A stretch of DNA of 64,000 bases from Mobula hypostoma (Eukaryota). Where the stretch lies: NCBI RefSeq assembly GCF_963921235.1, contig NC_086109.1, forward strand, positions 21,268,001 through 21,332,000. Direction: 5' to 3'. Under the pieces are notes generated by a model that was not told where the DNA came from, searched no databases, and saw nothing but the letters and a program-made list of their open reading frames with translations. Position numbers and translations under genes: made by a program. This document shows positions 48,991 to 60,591 of the stretch, in pieces; position 1 is the first letter of the stretch; every line of letters starts with the position of its first letter.

Positions 48991-49977
48991 ATGCCTGCAG
49001 GGTTAGTGCTTTGTTCAGGGTGTCAGATGTGGGAATCCTGGGAGACTTCCAGCCTCCCTGATGGCCACATCTGCGCCAGGTGCACCGAGTTGCAGCTCCT
49101 CAGAGACCGTGTTAGGGATCTGGAGCTGCAGCTTGATGACCTAGTGCTTATCAGGGAAAGTGAAGAGGTGATAGACAGGAGCTACAGGGAGGTAGTCATC
49201 CCTAGGCTACAGGGGTCAGTAGTCATCCCTAGGCTGCAGGAGTCAGTAGTCATCCCTAGGCTACAGGAGTCAGAACACTGGGTCACTGTCAAGAGAGGGA
49301 AGGGAAATGCCTGGATAATGGAGAGCACCCCTGTGGCTGTCCCCCTCAGCAACAAGTATCTTGTTCTGGATGCTGTTGAGGGGGATGACCTGATGGGGGA
49401 TGCCCACAGTGACCGGGTCTCTGGCACTGAGCCTGGCGCTGTTGTGCAGGAGAGGAGGGTGAAGAGAAATGCGGTAGTCATGGGGGATTCCATAGTCAGG
49501 GGAACAGACAGGAGATTCTGTGAGCCTGACAGAGATACCCGCATGGTGTGTTGCCTCCCAGGTGCCAGGGTACGGGATGTCTCGGATCGGGTCCTGAATA
49601 TTCTAAAGGGGGAGGGTGAGCAGCCAGTTGTCTTGGTACATGTTGGCACCAATGACATAGATAGGACAAAGGAGGAGGTCCTGAAGAGAGATTTCCAGGA
49701 GTTAGGAAGGAAGCTGAGAAGCAGGACCTCCAGGGTAGTAATCTTGGGATTGCTACCTGTGCCACGTGCTAGCGAGAGCAAGAGTAGTCGGATCAGGCAG
49801 AGAAATGCCTGGCTGAGAGACTGGTGTAGGGGGCAGGGCTTCAGATTCTTGGATAATTGGGATCTCTTCTGGGGGAAGTATGACCTGTTCAAAAAGGACA
49901 GGTTACACCTGAACCCGAAGGGGACCAATATCCTGGCGGGAAAGTTTAATAGAGCTGTTAGGGAGGGTTTAAACTAA
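48991..49977 (+). CDS. CR1 ORF1p, 328 aa: zinc finger, coiled coil and SGNH esterase domain
   Basis: CSGC...CARC; leucine heptads LLRDRVRDLELQL; GDS, PGA, HVGTND and DRLHLN blocks of the SGNH fold. Confidence 0.92.
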   Translation: MPAGLVLCSGCQMWESWETSSLPDGHICARCTELQLLRDRVRDLELQLDDLVLIRESEEVIDRSYREVVIPRLQGSVVIPRLQESVVIPRLQESEHWVTVKRGKGNAWIMESTPVAVPLSNKYLVLDAVEGDDLMGDAHSDRVSGTEPGAVVQERRVKRNAVVMGDSIVRGTDRRFCEPDRDTRMVCCLPGARVRDVSDRVLNILKGEGEQPVVLVHVGTNDIDRTKEEVLKRDFQELGRKLRSRTSRVVILGLLPVPRASESKSSRIRQRNAWLRDWCRGQGFRFLDNWDLFWGKYDLFKKDRLHLNPKGTNILAGKFNRAVREGLN

Positions 49978-52960
49978 TTTGGCAGGGGGATGGGAACCGG
50001 AATGATAGAGCGGAGGAAGGGGAAAACAGAAATAAATCTAAGATTGTGAGCAGTAAAGATGTCAGGAAAGACAGGCAGGTGATGGGGCAAATGTGTAGCC
50101 ATTGAGATGAGTTGCAGTGCAATAAAGTTGCAGTGAAATCAAAGCAAAAAGTATCAAATACTGGTCTTAAGGTGTTGTACTTAAATGCACGCAGCATATG
50201 AAATAAGGTGGATGATCTTGTTGTACAGCTACAGATTGGCAGGTATGATATTGTGGCCATCAATGAGACCTGGCTAAAGGATGCATGTCTCTGGGAGCTG
50301 AACGTCCAAGGATACACGGTGTATCGGAAGGATAGGAAGGTAGGCAGAGGGGGAGGCATGGCTTTATTGGTAAGAAATGATATTAAATCATTAGAAAGAG
50401 GTGATATAGGATCGGAAGGTGCAGAATCTTTATGGGTTGAGCTAAGGAATAGCAGGGGTAAAAGGACACTAATGGCAGTTATTTATAGGCCGCCAAACAG
50501 CTGCAGGGATGTGGACTACAAATTACAACTGGAAATAGAAAAGGCTTGTCAGAAGGGCAGTGTTATGATAATTGTGGGGGATTTTAACATGCGAGTAGAT
50601 TGGGAAAATCAGGTCGGCACTGGATATCAAGAGAGAGAATTTGTAGAATGTCTGCGAGACGGCTTTTTAGAACAGCTTGTTGTTGAGCCCACTAGAGGAT
50701 CGGCTGTACTGGATTGGATATTGTGTAATGAACCGGAGGTGATTGGAGAGATTGAGGTGAAGGAACCCTTAGGAGGCAGTGATCATAACATGATTGAGTT
50801 CACTGTGAAATTAGAAAAAGAGAAGCCGAAATCTGATGTGTCGGTGTTTCAGTGGAGTAAAGGAAACTACAGTGGCATGAGAGAGGAACTGGCCAAAGTT
50901 GACTGGAAAGAGACACTGGCGGGAAAGATGGCAAAGCAGCAGTGGCTGGAGTTTATTCGAGAAATGAGGAATGTGCAAGACAGGTATATTCCAAAAAAGA
51001 AGAAATTTTCGAGTGGAAAAAGGATGCAACCGTGGTTGACAAGAGAAGTCAAAACCAAAGTTAAAGCTAAGGAGAGGGCATACAAGGAAGCAAAAATTAG
51101 TGGGAAGACAGAGGATTGAGAAGTCTTTAAAACCTTACAAAAGGAAACCAAGAAGGTCATTAAGAGAGAAAAGATTAACTATGAAAGGAAACTAGCAAAT
51201 AATATCAAAGAGGATACTAAAAGCTTTTTCAAGTATATAAAGAGTAAAAGACAGGTGAGAGTAGATATAGGACCAATAGAAAATGATACTGGAGAAATTG
51301 TAATGGGAGATGAGGAGATGGCAGAGGAACTGAACAAGTATTTTGCATCAATCTTCACTGAGGAAGACAGCAGGATACTGGACACTCAAGGGTGGCAGGG
51401 AAGAGAAGTGTGCGCAGTCACAATTACGACAGAGAAAGTACTCAGGAAGCTGAATAGGCTAAAGGACGATAAATCTCCTGGACCAGATGGAATGCACCCT
51501 CGTGTTCTGAAGGAAGTAGCTGTGGAGATTGCGGGGAGATTAGCGATGATCTTTCAAAAGTCGATAGATTCTGGCATGGTTCCGGAAGACTGGAAGATTG
51601 CAAATGTCACTCTGCTATTTAAGAAGGGGGCAAGGAAGCAAAAAGGAAATTATAGACCTGTTAGCTTGACGTCGGTGGTTGGGAAGTTGTTGGAGTCGAT
51701 TGTCAAGGATGAGGTTACAGAGTACCTGGAGGCATATGACAAGATAGGCAGAACTCAGCATGGATTCCTGAAAGGAAAATCCTGCCTGACAAACTTATTA
51801 CAATTTTTTGAGGAAATTACCAGTAGACTAGACAAGGGAGATGCAGTGGATGTTGTATATTTGAATTTTCAGAAGGCCTTTGACAAGGTGCCACACATGA
51901 GGCTGCTTAACAAGATAAGAGCCCATGGAATTACAGGAAAGTTACATACGTGGATAGAGCGTTGGCTGATTGGCAGGAAACAGAGAGTGGGAATAAAGGG
52001 ATCCTATTTTGGTTGGCTGCCGGTTACCAGTGGTGTTCCGCAGGAATCAGTGTTGGGGCCGCTTCTTTTTACATTGTACATCAACAATTTGGATTATGGA
52101 ATAGATGGCTTTGTGGCTAAGTTTGCTGACGATACGAAGATAGGTGGAGGGGCCGGTAGTGCTGAGAAAACGGAGAGTCTGCAGAGAGACTTGGATAGAT
52201 TGGAAGAATGGGCAGAGAAGTGGCAAATGAAGTACAATGTTGGGAAGTGTATGGTTATGCACTTTGGTAGAAGAAATAAACGGGCAGACTATTATTTAAA
52301 TGGGGAGAGAATTCAAAGTTCTGAGATGCAACAGGACTTGGGAGTCCTCGTACAGGATTCCCTTGAAGTTAACCTTCATGTTGAGTCGGTAGTGAAGAAG
52401 GCGAATGCAATGTTGGCATTCATTTCTAGAGGAATAGAGTATAGGAGCAGGGATGTGATGTTGAGGCTCTATAAGGCGCTGGTGAGACCTCACTTGGAGT
52501 ACTGTGGGCAGTTTTGGTCTCCTTATTTAAGAAAGGATGTGCTGACGTTGGAGAGGGTACAGAGAAGATTCACTAGAATGATTCCGGGAATGAGAGGGTT
52601 AACATATGAGGAACGTTTGTCCGCTCTTGGACTGTATTCCTTGGAGTTTAGAAGAATGAGGGGAGACCTCATAGAAACATTTTGAATGTTGAAAGGCATG
52701 GACAGAGTGGATGTGGCAAAGTTGTTTCCCATGATGGGGGAGTCTAGTACGAGAGGGCATGACTTCAGGATTGAAGGGCGCCCTTTCAGAACAGAAATGC
52801 AAAAAAATTTTTTAGTCAGAGGATGGTGAATCTATGGAATTTGTTGCCACGGGCTGCAGTGGAGGCCAAGTCATTGGGTGTATTTAAGGCAGAGATTGAT
52901 AAGTATCTGAGTAGCCAGGGCATCAAAGGTTATGGTGAGAAGGCGGGGCGGTGGGACTAA
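49978..52960 (+). pseudogene. CR1 ORF2 (EN plus RT) with premature stops
   Basis: ORFs 50208-51119 and 51255-52685 are in the same frame. YLNARSI, ETWL, YRPP, GDFN, SDH and FADDTK are present. In-frame TGA at about 50104, 50199, 51117 and 52683. Confidence 0.92.
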
Positions 52961-54134
52961 ATAGGATAAAATGAATCAGCTCATGATAAAATGGCGGAGC
53001 AGACTCTATAGGCCGAATGGCCTACTTCTGCTCCTTTGTCTTATGGTCTTATGGTCTTTAATTGGCTGGAATTACAAGGATGCTGCCAGGACTCAAGGGT
53101 CTGAATTATAGGGAGAGGTTGGGCAAGCAAGGACTTTGTTCCCTGGAAAGTAAGAGATTGAGGGGAGACATTACAGAGATGCATCATATCATGAGGGGCA
53201 TAATTGGACAAATACACACAGTCATTTTCCCAGTGAAGGGGAATTAAAAATGTTACGAGAATACACATAAAATTAAGATGTTTGCTGGCCTGGGCTAGCA
53301 TCAGTGGCATCAGCAGTTGGTCTGCCACCTGCCCTCAGGGGAAGGAGAGATAAGGAACAATGGAGCAGCGTCTGGAGATGTGTAATGAAGGGATGTGGGA
53401 GAGAGCGCTGTCTGGAGCGGCTCCCCCCCTTTGAACCCTGAACTGTTTGAAGTGATGGACAGGCGATACCCCAGCAGGGGGATAAAAAGGGACAGGTTCG
53501 CTAAGACAGACACACACGCCACCCGAGGTAACGAGACCCTGGAAGCGGTGCGCCTCTCACGAGTGGGTGAGAAGCATCAGACAACGACAAGGGTGGAAAG
53601 GTACGATCAGCGGGAACCCGGTGTGTGTCCGCCCTTGCCTGGGTGCCGGGTTCACTGCAGAGGATCGACCGCATCTGGAGGAGGGGTCACAGTCGGTGAC
53701 CTCAGGTGACATCACCAAAGACCCGCCCAAAAGCTGTTTGTGAGCCATCTCGCTGGTCTGTGAGCCATCTTGCTGGTCTGTGAGTGAAGCCGTTCTGAAT
53801 GATCAGTTGTTCCTATTCTATGTCTCTCTTCCCCCACGTTGTCCACCGCCATGGCAACGATTACTGCGAACTGAACTACTAACTGGACTGAACTTCGAGT
53901 CATTTTGAAATTGGTCATTTACCCCTAGACAACGATAGAGTTTGATTGATGCTGTTATCTTAATGCTGTGCACATGTGTGTTTATCATCACTGAACTGTT
54001 GCATTTATTATCCTTTCGATTACTGTGTTGCTTGTTTCTTTAATAAAACTTTCTTAGTTCTAGTACTCCAGACTCCAACTGAGTGATCCATTTCTGCTGG
54101 TTTGGCAACCCAGTTACGGGGTACGTAACATAAG

Positions 54135-54152
54135 TGGGGGCTCGTCCGGGAT
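54135..54152 (+). promoter_or_regulatory. Primer binding site complementary to tRNA-Pro
   Basis: TGGGGGCTCGTCCGGGAT, 4 nt after the LTR end. Confidence 0.9.
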
Positions 54153-54228
54153 TTTGAACGCTAAATTTGGGACGGAGTAAATTGATTGGGTTAAAATTCC
54201 CGAAAGAAAGAAAAGACAAACAGCAGAA

Positions 54229-56511
54229 ATGGAGGTTGAGGAATTTATAAAGGCGCCGACCTTGGAGGCATTAGAGGATGCCAGGAAATCGGAATTGATA
54301 GCTGTGGCCAAACGGGTGAATCTTGCTAAGGTGAAGTCGACAATGAGGAGAGAGGAGATACACAGAGCTATTGTAGAGCACTATGTATCTAAAGGTGTGT
54401 TTCCCCAAGGTGAGCTGGGGGTGGTGTCTATTGAAAAACCTGCTGGAGACGCGGTACAGGTACAGCTTGAAAAACTGAGACTCGAGCACGAGTTCCGGGT
54501 ACGGCAGTTAGAACACGAAGAGAAGCAGTTAGAAAGGCAGGAGAGAGAGTTAGAAAGGCGGGAGAAAGAGAGAGAGTTAGAAAGGCGGGAGAAAGAGAGA
54601 GAGTTAGAAAGGCGGGAGAAAGAGAGAGAGTTAGAAAGGCGGGAGAAACAGAAAGAGGTAGAAAGGCAAGAGAGAGAAAGACAGTTGGAGAGAGAAGAGA
54701 GAGAGAGGGACAGACAGTTGGAGAGAGAGGAGAAACAGAGGGAAAGGGAATTTGAGCTGGAGAAGTTAAAGATAAGGGCCGAGCAGGGGCTCGTGCCGAA
54801 CCAAGGTGGAGGGTTCCGGGCGACCCAGGAGGTTAGGCTGGTTCCCCCATTTGACGATACCGATGTGGATCGGTACTTTCTCCACTTCGAAAAGGTGGCT
54901 ATAAGTCAGGAATGGCCGAGGGATAAGTGGGTTGTTTTACTTCAGAGTGTACTGAAAGGGAAGGCCCAACAAGCTTACTCCGCTTTATCCGCGGAAGATG
55001 CCCAGAAGTATGAGGTGGTGAAGGAGGCCATCCTCAGGATTTATGAGTTGGTCCCGGAGGCATACCGGCAGAGGTTCCGGAATGCGAGGAAGCGGTGGGA
55101 CCGCACGTATTTGGAGTTTCCTCGTGAGATGCAAACATATTGTGAGCGTTGGTGCGCCTCGAAAGGGGTAGAGGGGGATTATGACAGACTGCTGCAGCTG
55201 ATTCTGATTGAGCAGTTTAAAGGTTGTGTCCCTGAGGGTATGAGACCCTACCTCGATGAGAAAGAGGCAGCCACGTTAGCCGCAACTGCTAAGTTAGCGG
55301 ATGAGTATGCGTTGACGCATAAAATGAAGTTTGCCCCGAGTAAAGGCTACCAGAAGGGTAGTCAGGACGGAGGGGAGAGTCCGCCGGAAAAGTCAGAAAG
55401 TAAGCCGGGGACTAGTGAAAAGGATAAGGTAGACCGGGAGCAGTCTGGTAGGAAGTCTCCTGGGGTCGTCTGTTATAATTGTGGGAAAGTCGGACACTTT
55501 GCGTCCAGGTGCTTTGCCCCAAGGAAGGAGACGGGGAAAGGAAAAGCGGAAATTTTGAATGGCTGTATTGAGCTGTTAAGCGAACCGCTAGGGAAGGACA
55601 GGTCTGAAAAAGTCCAGGAAGGGCGCGAGAGGTTTATCTCGGCCGGACTGGTGTCAGTGAAGGAGGGGTTAAAACCAGTTCCAGTGCGGATCTGGAGAGA
55701 CACGGGAGCGTGTCAGTCACTAATACTGAAGAGTGTATTAGAGTTTAGCTCAGAGACCCAGACTGGAGAGGTAGAGGTCAAAGGTGTTGGGGAAGGGACA
55801 GAGTCAGTCCCTTTGCACCAGATACACTTACAGAGCAACCTGGTCTCTGGACTAGTCACGATCGGGGTGAGGTCCGAATTACCGATGAAAGACGTGGAAG
55901 TCTTGCTCGGTAATGACATCGCCGGAGGAATCGTGTTCCCAGTCGTGAGATTGACGGGTCAGCCTGCCAGCATGGAGGCCCCGCCCGCGATGGTGAATTT
56001 GGCTGAAACATTTCTGCCAACCTTGTATGAGACAGGGTGTAGTGAGATAAGAGGTAGTGAGGGAGCTGGGACGGACGTAGCAGCAGCCAGGAAAGAATTT
56101 GTGCAGACGCAGGAGCGAGACGAGGGGCTGATGGTTTTTGCCGAGACAGCTCTCTCTGACACAGCCTTGACAAGGGAACTAGTAGGCTATTGTGCGGATG
56201 AGGAAGTGCTAAGGAAGAAAGGGAAATCAAGTACAGTACCCGCAGATGAGGAATGGGGGGTGGTGCAAAAGAGTTATGGGGATGAGGTTTTTAACATGGC
56301 CCACGAGGTACCCCCCGGTGGACATTTTGCGGTGCTGGAGGAAACAGTTGGTGGAATCATGAAAGAGATTTACCGGCTGCCCAGGGGGAAAAATGTTATT
56401 GATCATGACCGACGCGAACTGAGACGGTCACCGGCTTTTGATATGCTAACAAACCTAGTCGGTGTTAGCGTGGAAATCAATGAAGCTAGGGGCCCCCTGC
56501 TAAGAGGATAA
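54229..56511 (+). CDS. Gag-protease polyprotein, 760 aa (coiled coil, SCAN-like capsid, CCHC knuckle, aspartic protease, integrase zinc-finger remnant)
   Basis: VPPFDDTDVDRYFLHFEKVA...LKGKAQQAY...YELVPEAYRQRFR...LILIEQF; CYNCGKVGHFASRC; RDTGACQSLI...LLGNDIAG; AHEVPPGGHFAV. Confidence 0.9.
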   Translation: MEVEEFIKAPTLEALEDARKSELIAVAKRVNLAKVKSTMRREEIHRAIVEHYVSKGVFPQGELGVVSIEKPAGDAVQVQLEKLRLEHEFRVRQLEHEEKQLERQERELERREKERELERREKERELERREKERELERREKQKEVERQERERQLEREERERDRQLEREEKQREREFELEKLKIRAEQGLVPNQGGGFRATQEVRLVPPFDDTDVDRYFLHFEKVAISQEWPRDKWVVLLQSVLKGKAQQAYSALSAEDAQKYEVVKEAILRIYELVPEAYRQRFRNARKRWDRTYLEFPREMQTYCERWCASKGVEGDYDRLLQLILIEQFKGCVPEGMRPYLDEKEAATLAATAKLADEYALTHKMKFAPSKGYQKGSQDGGESPPEKSESKPGTSEKDKVDREQSGRKSPGVVCYNCGKVGHFASRCFAPRKETGKGKAEILNGCIELLSEPLGKDRSEKVQEGRERFISAGLVSVKEGLKPVPVRIWRDTGACQSLILKSVLEFSSETQTGEVEVKGVGEGTESVPLHQIHLQSNLVSGLVTIGVRSELPMKDVEVLLGNDIAGGIVFPVVRLTGQPASMEAPPAMVNLAETFLPTLYETGCSEIRGSEGAGTDVAAARKEFVQTQERDEGLMVFAETALSDTALTRELVGYCADEEVLRKKGKSSTVPADEEWGVVQKSYGDEVFNMAHEVPPGGHFAVLEETVGGIMKEIYRLPRGKNVIDHDRRELRRSPAFDMLTNLVGVSVEINEARGPLLRG

Positions 56512-56532
56512 AACCATTTTGAAAAGATTAGG

Positions 56533-57183
56533 ATGGGATCGGTCAGATGGGAGAAGGCTATTGTTTTGGCCAGGTCTACTGATAAGGTCTCTCCCTTAAT
56601 CCCCGAAGGAGTAATTAAACGACTCGCACCTATGTGTTTGATTGTCCCGAGGAAATGCAAAGAACTGAGACGTTGGGTGATTGTGGTTACAATAGGGCAG
56701 CCAAGTAAACAACACCCATATTTTTTGAGTAATTCAGTGACTAAAGGGCTGATGAACACAGAGGTGTGTATTGGCAATTTAATACGGCTGTCTGAAGCCA
56801 GCTTGATAGTGAACCTTGAAAAAAATGAATTCGGCCACACGAGGGTCACCTACCTGGGAATTGTGGTGACACAGGGGCAGCTGGCAGCGATGCAAGCTGC
56901 AGTGCAGGCTATCGCTGACCTCCCAACCCCGACAGACAAGAGGGCCCTCAGAAGGCTCTTGGAGATGGTGGGGTACTGCAGGAAGTTTTGCAATAACTCT
57001 GCGGTCAATACCCGTCCCCCTCCTACTAAGCCCTTGCGAGAGAAAATTGAGTCGGAATGGGACGACCCTTGTTGTTGTGGTCCGGGACAAAACCAAATGA
57101 GAGGTTACATTGGTCGCAATTCATCAGTGTTTTTGGCCACTATGAAGTTTGCTGAGTTGGAGCCTGGTCTAAGGGATTATTAA
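56533..57183 (+). pseudogene. RT thumb/connection remnant ORF, 216 aa, lacking the YxDD core
   Basis: RLSEASLIVNLEKNEFG...VTYLG...VQAIADLPTPTDKRALRRLLEMVGYCRKF. Confidence 0.75.
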
Positions 57184-58422
57184 TAACACGTGTAAAAGGA
57201 ACAGAAAATGTGATGACTGTCTGTCAAGGTGTTGACAGCTTCAAATTCTCTGTATTAGCTAAATAACTGTTAAAGATGTATATTGTGTATGTATCAGATA
57301 ATGTAGTCATGTTTGTAATTTTTACCTCCCGGTAAAAATCCTTAAAGGGGGGAAGTGTTAAGAGAATACACATAAAATTAAGATGTTTGCTGGCCTGGGC
57401 TAGCATCAGTGGCATCAGCAGTTGGTCTGCCACCTGCCCTCAGGGGAAGGAGAGATAAGGAACAATGGAGCAGCGTCTGGAGATGTGTAATGAAGGGATG
57501 TGGGAGGGAGAGCTGTCTGGAGCGGCTCCCCCCCTTTGAACCCTGAACTGTTTGAAGTGATGGACAGGCGATACCCCAGCAGGGGGATAAAAAGGGACAG
57601 GTTCGCTAAGACAGACACACACGCCACCCGAGGTAACGAGACCCTGGAAGCGGTGCGCCTCTCACGAGTGGGTGAGAAGCATCAGACAACGACAAGGGTG
57701 GAAAGGTACGATCAGCGGGAACCCGGTGTGTGTCCGCCCTTGCCTGGGTGCCGGGTTCACTGCAGAGGATCGACCGCATCTGGAGGAGGGGTCACAGTCG
57801 GTGACCTCAGGTGACATCACCAAGGACCCGCCCAAAAGCTGTTTGTGAGCCATCTCGCTGGTCTGTGAGCCATCTTGCTGGTCTGTGAGTGAAGCCGTTC
57901 TGAATGATAAGTTGTTCCTATTCTATGTCTCTCTTCCCCCACGTTGTCCACCGCCATGGCAACGATTACTGCGAACTGAACTACTAACTGGACTGAACTT
58001 CGAGTCATTTTGAAATTGGTCATTTACCCCTAGACAACGATAGAGCTTGATTGATGCTGTTATCTTAATGCTGTGCACATGTGTGTTTATCATCACTGAA
58101 CTGTTGCATTTATTATCCTTTCGATTACTGTGTTGCTTGTTTCTTTAATAAAACTTTCTTAGTTCTAGTACTCCAGACTCCAACTGAGTGATCCATTTCT
58201 GCTGGTTTGGCAACCCAGTTACGGGGTACGTAACAAAAACTAGAGGGCAAAACTTTAAGGTGAGAGGTGAAAGATCTAAAGGGGTCCCAAGCGTAACCTC
58301 TTCACACAGAGGCTGATGTGTATATGGAATAAGCTGCCAGAGAAAGTAGTTGAAGCAGGTGCATTCGAGAGACATTTGGATAAGTACATGGACGGGGGTG
58401 GTGGGATTAGAGGTATATGGGC

Positions 58423-58660
58423 CAGCCCTTTATCTCTTTCACCAATCAATTCTCCAGCTCTTTACTTCCCCAGCCCCCCCCTCCTGGTTTCACCTTTCAC
58501 CTGCCGCCTTGCACTTCTTCCCCAACCTTCTTAATCTGACTTCTCCTCTTCCTCTCCAGTCCTGAGGAAGAGTCTGGGCCAAAAACATTGACTCTGTTTA
58601 CTCTTTTACCATAGATGCTGCCTGGCTTGCTGAGTTCCTCTGGCATTTTGGGTGTGTTGC
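58423..58660 (+). mobile_element. Penelope pLTR
   Basis: cagtcCTGAGGAagagtctgggccAAAAacattgact at about 58557-58593, then gatgctgcctggcttgctgagttcctc. Confidence 0.8.
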
Positions 58661-59286
58661 TGTGGGCAACTGGAACCAGCTGGTGGGCACCATGGTTGGC
58701 AGGGATGAGTTGTGCCAAACAACCTGTTCCCATGCTGTCTTCCTCTCAGACTCGAACTGTAAGAATTATCCAAAGGTAAAGTTCAAAGTGGAAAAGTCAG
58801 CAGCAATTAAAAATGCAATCAAACCGTTGCATTGAACAGCCGCATGTTAATAGCTGAAACATGGTGCCCAATGCAGAGGCTTCACCCAGGATCAAATGCA
58901 AACAGACATCGAGAGAAGCTGCTGTTCCCAAGTCAGCAAGTTCTGGTCTATTAAACAGTTGTTACTCTGCAGGTAAAATTGTCATTCATGACATCTCTGA
59001 TATGAAGCTGCATTGAGGTAAGCCTTTGCATCCTAATGGGGCATTACAGTAACAGTCCATGAGTAATGATGCAAACTGGCAAATTTATTCGGAGTATCAT
59101 AAACTGAATTTGTGTCTCTGTTCTCTCTCAAATCAACTGGTTTTGCTAGTAAATCTCAGCACTACTATCCTCAGCAAGGTGGAAATTGTGGCTCTCCCTC
59201 CCACGTAGGGCGAATTGTCCAGGGAATGCTGGCTAAGATTAGGAACTTCCCACCTGCAGCACTTCAGGTGCACCTTCTCTACGAGG

Positions 59287-60070
59287 AATTGGAATTGGTT
59301 CATTATTGTTGCATGTACCGAGATACAGTGAAAGGATTGGCTTGCAAACTGTTCATACAGATCAAATCATTACACAGTGCATTGAAGCAAGATAAAGCAA
59401 AAAACAGGAGGCAAGACAAGATAAAGCAAAAACAGAAGGCAAAATAAAGTGTAACAACTACAGAGAAAGTGCAGTGCAGGTAAACATAAGATGTAAGATC
59501 ATAGCGAGTAGATTGGGAGGTCAGAAACCTGTCTTAGTGTATTAGGGAACCATTCAATAGTCTTATAAGGGCAGGGTAGAAGCAGTTCTTGAGTCTAGTG
59601 GTACGTGCTTTCAGGCTGCTTTTGCTTAATGGAAGAGAGGAGAAGAGAATATCTATGGTGGGTAGGGGTATTGATTGTACAGCCTGCTTTCCTGAAACAA
59701 CAAAAAATACCAACAGAGGCCATGCAGGGGAGGTTGATTTCATGATGTGCTGAGCTGCTTCCACAAATCTCCGTAGTCTTTTACAGCCACACCAATTCAT
59801 TATACATCTGGATAAAATACTTTCTATGGTGTATTGGTAACAATTGGTACAGGGACGGCAAGGGGTTGTCAAATTTCTTTGGCCTTCTGAAGAAGTAGAG
59901 GGATTGACCTTCTTGGCCATGGTATTCATGTGGTTGGACCAGGCCAGATTATCCCTATCCTCTCAACCTCAACACCATTGATGCAGACAGGGGCATGTGC
60001 ATCACCACCCTTTCTGAAGTCAATGGCCAGCTCTTTTGTTTTACTGACATTGAGGGAAAGTGTGTAGTGA
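59287..60070 (-). mobile_element. Rex1/Babar 3' fragment
   Basis: ORF 59534-59929 contains YQYTIESILSRCI..W...ARTTRLKNCFYPALIRLLN. Confidence 0.8.
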
Positions 60071-60591
60071 TTATAAAAGGAGAGCTCTTTGCCAGCTTCT
60101 CAAAGTCCTCCAGGGATGGGCAATGGTTGTCAGCGCTGCCAACATGTCAAGAATTGATAAACGAGTGGGTAAAGCAAGAGAGCTTCTGGGGCCTGATGCA
60201 TCTCCAGGGAGAGGTTGCTTATATCAAGACCTGAATATCAGGCCATCAACCTTACTGGCTGCAGGCTGTAGATCCCAGGGGGTGTGAATGGTGTGTCGGA
60301 GGCAGAGGCAGCAGATGGGTGCACAGCAGGTTGCTGTGGAATCCGGCAGCACTCCAGTAGTGCCTTACTCTACAGCTCTGCCTTTGATCAATTTTTAAAT
60401 CAAACTTTTCGTTATTGCATTGTCAGGAACTTGCGATGGCATTGTAGCACTTACAACACTGGTAGTAATTGGGAATGGCAACAAAGTTTTCACTCACGTC
60501 TTTTCCTTCTACCCAGATAACTTTCCGTTCTGCATGGCCTCCCTCAAAGTTAGCTTGCAATTTGATAGGGTGGTTATGAAGCTGTGAGAGC

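Larger units (their letters stand above)
48862..53058 (+). mobile_element. Near full-length CR1 LINE
   Basis: Short 5' UTR, intact ORF1, ORF2 with several stops, and (cttatggt)n tail at 53040-53058. Confidence 0.95.
53251..58235 (+). mobile_element. Young non-autonomous Gmr1-like Gypsy LTR retrotransposon
   Basis: 880-bp LTRs 53251-54130 and 57356-58235, with about 6 differences seen by eye. TSD AAAA. PBS at 54135-54152. PPT aaaggggggaag at 57344-57355. Confidence 0.95.
48700..58755 (+). mobile_element. Old CR1 3' fragment broken into four pieces (about 48700-48861, 53059-53250, 58236-58422, 58660-58755)
   Basis: The coding remnant continues across the inserts (YCVQFW...YKKD | ITRMLPGLKGLNYRERL...IFP | TRGQNFKVRG...IWNKLPEKVVEA | 3' UTR). 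Confidence 0.75.

Noticed and set aside
49182..49928. 248-aa antisense ORF, and similar antisense ORFs such as 16373-16993, 6942-7478 and 56403-56849
   Set aside because: They are shadows of TE coding frames on the opposite strand, with no independent motifs.
53395..53709. 104-aa ORF repeated at 57500-57814
   Set aside because: It lies within near-identical LTRs, so the repetition is not evidence of coding. It is not preserved in the solo LTR.
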